A stretch of DNA of 64,000 bases from positions 124,001 through 188,000 of IMG/VR virus record IMGVR_UViG_3300036766_000988, one strand, 5' to 3'. The number at the start of each line of letters is the position of its first letter. Positions within the stretch are counted from its first letter, which is position 1. Position numbers and translations under genes: made by a program. Of this stretch, positions 57,048 to 64,000 are shown piece by piece. The notes under the pieces are model-generated. The model was given only the letters and a program-made list of their open reading frames with translations. It was not told the origin of the DNA and searched no databases.

Positions 57048-57350
57048 CTACAACATCGGCCGCTGGATCACGTTCCAACAGCTCCGTCGCATCCGGGTTT
57101 CGATGCGCTCTTGGTAGAACACAGCCTGCTGCTCAAGACGTGCGATCTCACGCCGCTGCCGGGCCCGCATGCGGTACGCCACGACGAGCTGCGCCCGTAA
57201 CCGACGCTTCTCCGAACCCTTCGGAAGCTTGAGTGCGGCAGCCTCATGACGTTGAATGACGTTGTGAAGGGTTTTCTGGTTTTCGTGAAACCGCTTCAAG
57301 CGACCCTGACAGTCCTTGAGCTTCTGCTCCCAGAAGGTGCGGTCTCGCAT
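57048..57350 (-). CDS. 100 aa coiled-coil protein, paralog 2
   Basis: MRDRTFWEQKL...FYQERIE..R..CW. Confidence 0.7.
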   Translation of the reverse strand: MRDRTFWEQKLKDCQGRLKRFHENQKTLHNVIQRHEAAALKLPKGSEKRRLRAQLVVAYRMRARQRREIARLEQQAVFYQERIETRMRRSCWNVIQRPML

Positions 57351-57360
57351 GGTAGTAGGG

Positions 57361-57423
57361 GCCCGCCTAGTTTACGGTTCCCAGCGGGCGGAGAACAGAT
57401 GCTTGTGCCCCGCTCACAAGCGA
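57361..57423 (-). repeat. structured dispersed element, copy C
   Basis: Same conserved blocks; ends ~10 nt before the ATG at 57350. Confidence 0.8.
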
Positions 57424-58214
57424 TCCCAACAATAGCGGCTCCCGATGTCCAGGTCGGCCCCCGATACCCTTCCACAAGAGATGTCTTGCCAAATGATGGG
57501 GTAAGACAATTTGCACCGAGGCATCAGAAAGCTTCCCCGACCACCAGTGGCGGGCATCTCTTCTCTACACCGGTTGTCCGAGAAACCCTACGAAGGACGG
57601 GCTCAATTTGGTTTGTTCAAGGTCTCGAAAGTAACCGGTTGTCCATCCCATACTTTCGGAATGTGCCTCTGCTCATCGAACAGAAGTACAGAGCGCACGA
57701 CGTGGATTCCTGAGCGGGAATCCACACTTATCCTTGTCCACTTCCAGTCTCGGGGGATGATCTTCATGAGATAGCGTAACAAGCGTGCGGCAGAGGATCC
57801 CGTAAGTTTCACCGCCATCAACCCTTCCTTGGGTATCTGAGCCTGATGTGCCTCAGCACCCCCAACCAGTAGGTGGTGGTGAGCCGCCCGCTGGCCGAAC
57901 TCTCGTGGTACAATCCCCCATCGTCGGGGTCGAAGTGGATCCAGTCCCCGTGGTCGACGGGCAGCCGATGCTCCCGCACACCAGACATCCCATGGGGTCT
58001 GCGAAGGCTGCGGGCAGCTTCCAGTCTGGACATCGGCATGGGGCTCCTTGCTCACCGGTAGGGCGTTGGGGGCTGGGGTCTCAAGACCGCTTCGAGGATA
58101 GCGCGGAAATCAGCCGTCTCTCGGATGTAGGTGATCGCCAAGCGAAGCTCGTCCACGGACAAGCTCATAAAGCCGCCTTGCTTCGCTTTCCAGTAGAGTT
58201 CTTCGCGATGGGAT

Positions 58215-58445
58215 CTAGGTTGGGTTGAACTGGGCATGTTCCCACTCTTCGTGGACAGCATTGATGAAATGAGACTTGGACAGCCCTGCGGCCTTGAAAA
58301 GAAGAGTCGTGGCGTGAACGGCGGCTGTGGCCAGGAGTAAGCCTGCATCGGGCTCATTCTCTGGAATGGCCTGAGCCGCTTCGTTCATGACGCCATCGAA
58401 AAAAGCTGTGGCAACTCGCTTAACGATCTTAGCGTCGTAGGGCAT
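58215..58445 (-). CDS. hypothetical protein
   Basis: GGTGTA motif 10 nt before the ATG. Confidence 0.55.
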   Translation of the reverse strand: MPYDAKIVKRVATAFFDGVMNEAAQAIPENEPDAGLLLATAAVHATTLLFKAAGLSKSHFINAVHEEWEHAQFNPT

Positions 58446-58516
58446 GAAAGTCTCTACACCAACGGCGTCAGATGGCTTTGGGTGCCAGTCCTAAACCTCT
58501 TATCCAGCATGTCAGC

Positions 58517-58816
58517 ATGACCCTCTCGTACGACCGCCGCGTAGCTGCCCGTCCTGCCCCGGACCAGGATGACCGCCAGCCCTACTACGTCGAGGTCAAG
58601 GTGGGGGTTGCAGTCTTGGCCTCCAACAAGGAAGAGGCGAAGCAGATCGCCCTCCAGAAAACGTTCACGACCTTGGGGTTGACCATGGAGCCCGAAGCTC
58701 AGGCGCGGCGGGCCTCCAAGCTTTCCGACTTCCCTCGGGACTGGCACTCCGGTACCTTCGTCACGGACAAGTCGCGTGAGATGATCGAGCTGAAGGACTA
58801 CTTCACGGACAAGTAG
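58517..58816 (+). CDS. hypothetical protein
   Basis: GC3-rich ORF starting MTLSYDRRVAAR. Confidence 0.55.
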   Translation: MTLSYDRRVAARPAPDQDDRQPYYVEVKVGVAVLASNKEEAKQIALQKTFTTLGLTMEPEAQARRASKLSDFPRDWHSGTFVTDKSREMIELKDYFTDK

Positions 58817-60135
58817 CCGGGCCCTACTGGGCTTTTCTCGACCAGATCACTGAGGGCGTCCCAGTAGCAGTCACTACAGGACGGGCTGCTCTCGTGAAGC
58901 TCTGCCGAGCATGCCTTGCATCGTTGCCTCTTGGACACCCGATGGGCTGTCAGATCGAGACGGGCGAACTGATCGAGGGTGTAGGCCATCGATCTACCCG
59001 GATTGAGGCACTTCGGATGTGTAGACCACGCGGACCGCATGCAACTCGCTCCACATCATGACCAACTCGTCGTACTCCATCCTGCAAATCGACTCGATAG
59101 TCTCACCAAGCCTGTAGGGTAGCTTGTCTGTGAGTTCGAATTTGTGCTCATCGGGGTGAATCAGCCTGTAGGGTTCGGCCCAAGCGGATCCATCAGCTTG
59201 CTCAAGGTGGATTGTCATTGACTCGCGAAGGTCTGGACGAGCCACACCCGACAGGTCCCCAGACAGAAACCTACGGAAAAACGCATCCACCTCGGGCATA
59301 CACCCGAGACAGGCACAGAAACCCTTCGTACGCCGGTGCAAACAGAATCCCTCAAGTCTGAAGCTCCACGTCGCCTGGGTCTGCCGTGCTAGGGCTACGC
59401 CCGGCACAAAGTACACGAGCCCAGCAGCGATCGTCTTGAGTGATGTTCGTCGATTCATGGTGGAGTAGGGTCCTTCTTTGCGGCCTTCCTAGCCCTCTCA
59501 GCTTCCAAGAGCCCCAGCACCTCTTCTACGATGAGGGCGGCGTCTTTCTGGAAGTCTTGCTCGTCAAGCAGGGCACTGTACCAACTCCCATCCGCTTGAA
59601 CGGTCAGCAAGAGCCCTGCAACACCTGGGGGCGGGAGCGTGAACCCATGGTGCTGACCCGAGGGGGGCTGGATCTTGGTGGTCAGGAGCTGGAGAACTTC
59701 GTAGGCGGTCTTCATGGTCTTGATTTCAGCCGCCTGGGCTTCCAGTTCTCCGGTACCCCACACGCCAACACGGCTCGCCACGCATCCCAAAGGGAGTTGT
59801 AGCGAGCGGCCTTCCCTGGGCGGTTGGATCGAGCGGTACCGGCACCGGTCTTCGCATCGAGGTACCACTTCGCTCGGTCACTGCGTCGAACGACCCACAT
59901 CGATCAGCCTCTGAGGTACGGCGGTCGAATGCTGAGGTATCCCAGCAGATACGGGCCTGCTACCGCAGCCGGGGGCCAGCCATGCTCTGCATCTATCCAG
60001 CCCCGTTCGAACTCCAACTGCCGAATCCGATCCGAATCGGGCGGGGTGTTCTGCGGATCTTTGGCGTCCATAGGCTTCACCAAGTTAGCACGAGGGCTTC
60101 TACACCGGAAGAGTCCAGACCTCGCCGCGTTCGGG

Positions 60136-61008
60136 TTAGGCGGCAACCCGGCGCTCATCCAGGTAGCCCACGGCACTTTCAAGGGTTTGAAGCCCCTCCC
60201 GTGAGTGCCCGAGCCCGAGGTTGCAGGAACGGCAGAGGAGCCCCCGCAGACCGGCCTTCTTGCCGACCGTGTGATCGTGGTCGATGTGGGTGCCTGCCCC
60301 TGGCTTCAACGGGTCACGACAGATGCCGCAGGCCCCACCCTGACGGTCGAGCAGCACCTGGAAGGACTCCAGCGTGAGCCCGTAGCCGTACCAGAGGTTG
60401 GAGACTCGGGTACCGGTCTTCTCGGCCCCCTGCGGCCTCTCGGCAGGGATGGGTAACCCCACCACGAATCCTTGGCTGAGGTAGACGAGGGCGTTCTTGA
60501 GCAGCGCAGGATCATCTCGGAAGTGTCCGAGCATCACGTTGCACAGACCGCAAAGCAGCCCCCGTACCTTCCCGGTCGTGTGGTCGTGGTCGAGATGTGT
60601 TCCGGTGCGGCCTGGCTTCAAGAGGTCGGAACAGACGGCGCACTTCCCATCCTGCTTCTCGAACAGAGCTTGCTTGTCCTCGGGGGTGAGGCCGTACCGA
60701 CAGAGAAGCTGCCAGGCCCGTACTTTTTCAGGGTTCTTGGTTTGGTAAGCAAATACCCGGGCTTTTTCACCTTCGGGGTTTGCGGCATAGCGAGCGGCGT
60801 CCTTGGCTTTCAAGTGCTCAGCATTCGAGGCAGCCCAGTTCACCCAAGTCTCGGGGTGCTTTGCTCTGTAGGCCGTTTGCTTCTCGGCGCAGCACTTCTT
60901 GCAGTGGCTCTTGAGCCCATCCTTGGCGACTTTGGATCGTCCGAACGGGCCAGGCCCTTCGCAATTTGAACAAGTCTTCTTGGGTACTACCAACTCGGAA
61001 TCACCCAT
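60136..61008 (-). CDS. endonuclease VII-like (His-Me finger) protein with two tandem nuclease domains
   Basis: YGLT...Q.GKCAVC...LDHDH.TGKVRGLLC..CN..LG twice; N-terminal CSNC...HCKKC. Confidence 0.88.
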   Translation of the reverse strand: MGDSELVVPKKTCSNCEGPGPFGRSKVAKDGLKSHCKKCCAEKQTAYRAKHPETWVNWAASNAEHLKAKDAARYAANPEGEKARVFAYQTKNPEKVRAWQLLCRYGLTPEDKQALFEKQDGKCAVCSDLLKPGRTGTHLDHDHTTGKVRGLLCGLCNVMLGHFRDDPALLKNALVYLSQGFVVGLPIPAERPQGAEKTGTRVSNLWYGYGLTLESFQVLLDRQGGACGICRDPLKPGAGTHIDHDHTVGKKAGLRGLLCRSCNLGLGHSREGLQTLESAVGYLDERRVAA

Positions 61009-61118
61009 GACAACAGAGTAGATCCGACCTAATAATAGTCAAGTATCCCGAGGATTTAGCCACCTATGGCAACTTGACTTCAAAATATCTCCAAAAGAGT
61101 TTGGAGCCTCGTAAGTGC

Positions 61119-61745
61119 CTATACGCACTCATCTCCGCCACGATTGGCCCATTGCGGCAACTTAACCTCGCGAAGAATGTTGAACTTTTTGCCGCCTGAG
61201 AGTGCTGAGAAGACCTTGTGGTAGGGCTCGAACTTCGGGTCACGGGCGGAGGCCTCTTTGAGCACCTTGACGGCCTTGAAGAAGCGATGCCGAACGCGTC
61301 CCTGGGTGAGCTTGAGCTGATTGGCGACTTCGCTTTGGCATGTTGTCTTCCACATGCCGACCAGGATTGAGACGTCGATTGGCTTGAAGATGTCAGGTAG
61401 GTCGCGCCGGATGTCCTCTTCCTGGATTTGGGGGATCGATAGGAGGAACTTGATCCTCTTGAGCCCACGGTCGAGTCGATAGCTGATGGCCGCTTGGGTC
61501 ACGTTGAAGATGACTGCGATGTCGGCCTGACGCTTCTTTTCGACGAAGTAGAGGTAGATGAGGTCTGCTTCCCGTTGGGGAATCCGGTCGAGTAGAGGAG
61601 CAATGCGCTCTTCGTAACTCATCCCGCCGGATAGGAGGGACTGGACCTCTTCGGTATCGTCGTCCTCCTCGGCGTCCTGATCGGGAACTTGGAAGCGGTT
61701 CGAAAGCTGTGCAGGATCGATAGGGATGACATACCCAGTGCTCAT
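61119..61745 (-). CDS. protein with two tandem sigma70 region-4-like HTH domains
   Basis: LLDRIPQREADLIYLYFVEKKRQADIAVIFNVTQAAISYRL and CQSEVANQLKLTQGRVRHRF. Confidence 0.7.
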   Translation of the reverse strand: MSTGYVIPIDPAQLSNRFQVPDQDAEEDDDTEEVQSLLSGGMSYEERIAPLLDRIPQREADLIYLYFVEKKRQADIAVIFNVTQAAISYRLDRGLKRIKFLLSIPQIQEEDIRRDLPDIFKPIDVSILVGMWKTTCQSEVANQLKLTQGRVRHRFFKAVKVLKEASARDPKFEPYHKVFSALSGGKKFNILREVKLPQWANRGGDECV

Positions 61746-61759
61746 CGTGCCCTCCATCG

Positions 61760-63691
61760 TTAGGCTCCGTCCCCAGCCGGGAAGAATACCGGGAGGATCG
61801 ATTCGACTTTCACATCTACATCTAGGAGCCGCTGGGAAGCGACATTTTGATCTGGGTCTGGCGTAGTGATGGTGAGCTGAAGGTCTTGCTGGAGGGTCAT
61901 CAGCTCCACATTGAGTCGAACCTGTTGCTCGGCTGCACGAAGCTTCTGGTACTGCACCGGAGTCAGTCCCGCCAGGTTCGACGAGAAGATGCCGTCCACC
62001 GTACCATAGAGTTTCAGGAGCTTCGAGGCCATTTTCGGGCCGAAGCCGGGGACACCGGGGATGTTGTCAGACGTATCACCGTCGATGGCTCGGAAATGGA
62101 CCATCCTGTCCGGCGTCGTCCCGTATTCCTTCTCGACCAGTGCGGCGTTGTAGAGCTTCTCTTTGCCCGCCCCCACGGCAGGAACCCACACCTGATCTGT
62201 GGCTGAAACGAGCTGCAAAAAGTCCCGATCTGTCGAGATAACGACGTTTTGCTGACCTCGGTACGCCCCTCGGACGAGCGTCGCCACGACGTCATCGGCC
62301 TCTTCCTCGACGTTCCACGCCTGCTTGATCCCGAGCAAGGGGAGGGTTTCGCGAAGCCAGTGGAACTGATCCCACTCGTCGTGAGCTGGGTAGAACGTCC
62401 GCCCCCGAAGACGATTCGCCTTATAGGACGTAAACATTCGGGTCCGCCGCTGGCTCGACCCGTCCCATACGACGGTGATCTTTCCCCCTGGGAAGCGTTT
62501 GAGGAACGAGCCGAGGCTCCGGAGAAAGCCGACGATGGCCCCCGTAGGACGGCCCTTCGAGTCCTTGAGCGTATCCAATCCAGGGCTCATGGAGCATCGA
62601 ACTGCGAGGTTGTGGCCGTCGATGATGATGTTGTCGGTCATGGTCTTTCCCAAAAGGGTCCTCTCGATGGCCTCTACTTCATCATTCAGCACGGCAACTT
62701 TGCCGAGCATCTCCTCAAACCACATCCACTTGAGGTACTGCGCTTCGATCGTCGCAAGCCTGTAGGAGGGCGGCGTGAAGAGAGGCAGGATTCCCAGTAG
62801 ACGGTCTGCCCACCGGTGAAGCACCTCGAAGGATCGGAAGTTTTCTCGTATCGGGGTGGGGTCGAGCTGCTTTTCGGCAGCCTTCACCATCCCCACCAAT
62901 TGGGTACCTCGCTGGTACCATCCGTGAAGCTTGTGCGCTGCTACGAAGGCACGAGCCACGGGGCGTGCATCCAAAGGTTCCCGCTCGACCACCTGTAGCT
63001 CGGCTTGCAACCCCAGCTCTTTGGCGATCCACCCGTCAAACTGATCCACGATCTGGAACCGTTGTCGGATCGGAACGATGCGGGCGTCGTCGAAGAGCAC
63101 GAAGGGCTTGACCTTCTTGAGCCAATCCCGGAGCGCCGCCAGCCTGGGCAGGAAGCTCGTTCGAGGAGCCTTCTCGACGAGCCGTAGGAATGACCTCGGT
63201 AGGGTGACGATCGACTCCTTGGAACGGAGTTTCACGTGGATCTGAACGCTTAGGTTCTCGGGGATGTCCTCGATGACCACCGCTCGGATTTGACGGTAGG
63301 GCCCGCTGGTGACTAGCACCGTATCGCCGACGTCAATTCCTTGGTCTTCCTTGTCGTGGATCTGGGACTTGAACCGGTCGATATCGGCATCGGTCGCGCA
63401 CGCAAGCTTCCTGACGGCACGGTAGCCTGAGCGGTCGATCTTGGTGATGACCGATTGCACGTAGCGGGAGCCTTCGAGCTTGTAGTACTTCTCGTCCGGC
63501 TGGGCGCGCTTGATGAAGGCGTACCCATCCACGAGGTAGTTGATCAGCCGATCCTCTCCCACGTTGGTCACCGACACGGGGAGGTAGATCTCGGCGTCCC
63601 GTATCTGATGCCGAATCGAGGCCCGAATGAAGTCGGGATCTTCGCCCTCAGCCTTCGGACTCAGCTCAAGAACAACCCATTCGTTCGCCAC
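61760..63691 (-). CDS. NusG/RfaH-like (NGN+KOW) domain fused to a 5'-3' exonuclease (PolI N-terminal/FEN type)
   Basis: WVVLEL...LVDGYAFI...VGDTVLVTSGPY; IIIDGHNL, VVWDG, YKANR, EADDVVATL, STDRDFLQL, GDTSDNIPGVPGFGPKMA. Confidence 0.82.
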   Translation of the reverse strand: MANEWVVLELSPKAEGEDPDFIRASIRHQIRDAEIYLPVSVTNVGEDRLINYLVDGYAFIKRAQPDEKYYKLEGSRYVQSVITKIDRSGYRAVRKLACATDADIDRFKSQIHDKEDQGIDVGDTVLVTSGPYRQIRAVVIEDIPENLSVQIHVKLRSKESIVTLPRSFLRLVEKAPRTSFLPRLAALRDWLKKVKPFVLFDDARIVPIRQRFQIVDQFDGWIAKELGLQAELQVVEREPLDARPVARAFVAAHKLHGWYQRGTQLVGMVKAAEKQLDPTPIRENFRSFEVLHRWADRLLGILPLFTPPSYRLATIEAQYLKWMWFEEMLGKVAVLNDEVEAIERTLLGKTMTDNIIIDGHNLAVRCSMSPGLDTLKDSKGRPTGAIVGFLRSLGSFLKRFPGGKITVVWDGSSQRRTRMFTSYKANRLRGRTFYPAHDEWDQFHWLRETLPLLGIKQAWNVEEEADDVVATLVRGAYRGQQNVVISTDRDFLQLVSATDQVWVPAVGAGKEKLYNAALVEKEYGTTPDRMVHFRAIDGDTSDNIPGVPGFGPKMASKLLKLYGTVDGIFSSNLAGLTPVQYQKLRAAEQQVRLNVELMTLQQDLQLTITTPDPDQNVASQRLLDVDVKVESILPVFFPAGDGA

Positions 63692-63692
63692 G

Positions 63693-64000
63693 TTACCCCC
63701 GTCCTGGCCAGGTACGCTCGAACTCCCGACGCCATTCGTCTGGCATGAGTACCCTGAGATCTGCATCTTGGTTTGGATCCGAGGTGAAGATCACCTGGGT
63801 CGGCTGATTGCTTCGTCCCCGAGCCTTCTCCAACGGGACGGTCTTGTGGTCAAGTTCTGTGAGCGCTTCGACATCACTGGACCCGAGAGAACCAATGCCG
63901 TCGGGGCGCAAACCCCGTCCAACGGGCTTCGGAGGCTGAACCGGTGCAGCCGTTACCACGGGGGGAGTAGCAGGAGCAGAGGCCACAGGAGCAGTTTGCA
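63693..64000 (-). CDS. 3' end of a gene that starts beyond the window
   Basis: Open frame runs to the window edge. Confidence 0.5.
   Translation of the reverse strand, partial: QTAPVASAPATPPVVTAAPVQPPKPVGRGLRPDGIGSLGSSDVEALTELDHKTVPLEKARGRSNQPTQVIFTSDPNQDADLRVLMPDEWRREFERTWPGRG

Noticed and set aside
1-64000. tRNA, tmRNA or rRNA genes
   Set aside because: No T-loop/acceptor-stem pattern or rRNA signature was seen by eye; tRNAscan-SE/ARAGORN would be decisive

Overview
This window is a 64 kb segment of a large, GC-rich dsDNA bacteriophage genome (jumbo-phage style); the host cannot be fixed from the sequence. Layout: (i) about 1-36 kb, mostly minus strand: ClpX, a DUF2997-DUF1257-Ycf46-type AAA trio, a sigma-like factor, several freestanding endonucleases, a CheY-like receiver, a methyltransferase and many small hypothetical genes. 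(ii) about 36-44.5 kb: virion-appendage-like genes, a lipoprotein/XRE cassette and a SWIM-DDE transposase element. (iii) about 45-56.5 kb, plus strand: replication module (SNF2 helicase, DnaC-like, DnaB, CHC2 primase Zn finger, family A polymerase). (iv) about 56.5-64 kb, minus strand: tandem EndoVII nuclease, tandem sigma-region-4 protein and a NusG-5'-3' exonuclease fusion. The strongest signals not explained by gene calls are these. Two families of fixed-distance promoter motifs imply widespread leaderless transcription (TGAAC-N15/16-CGTAGTA-N5-ATG; GGTGTA about 10 nt before the start codon). A ~600 nt densely base-paired non-coding region sits at 13.4-14.0 kb. A three-copy ~65 nt element has conserved hairpin/pseudoknot potential. 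A G11/C16 tract frameshifts a fibre-like gene. Short terminal peptide motifs recur in unrelated proteins. No tRNA, rRNA or CRISPR array was recognised. All family calls come from motif recognition by eye, not from database searches.
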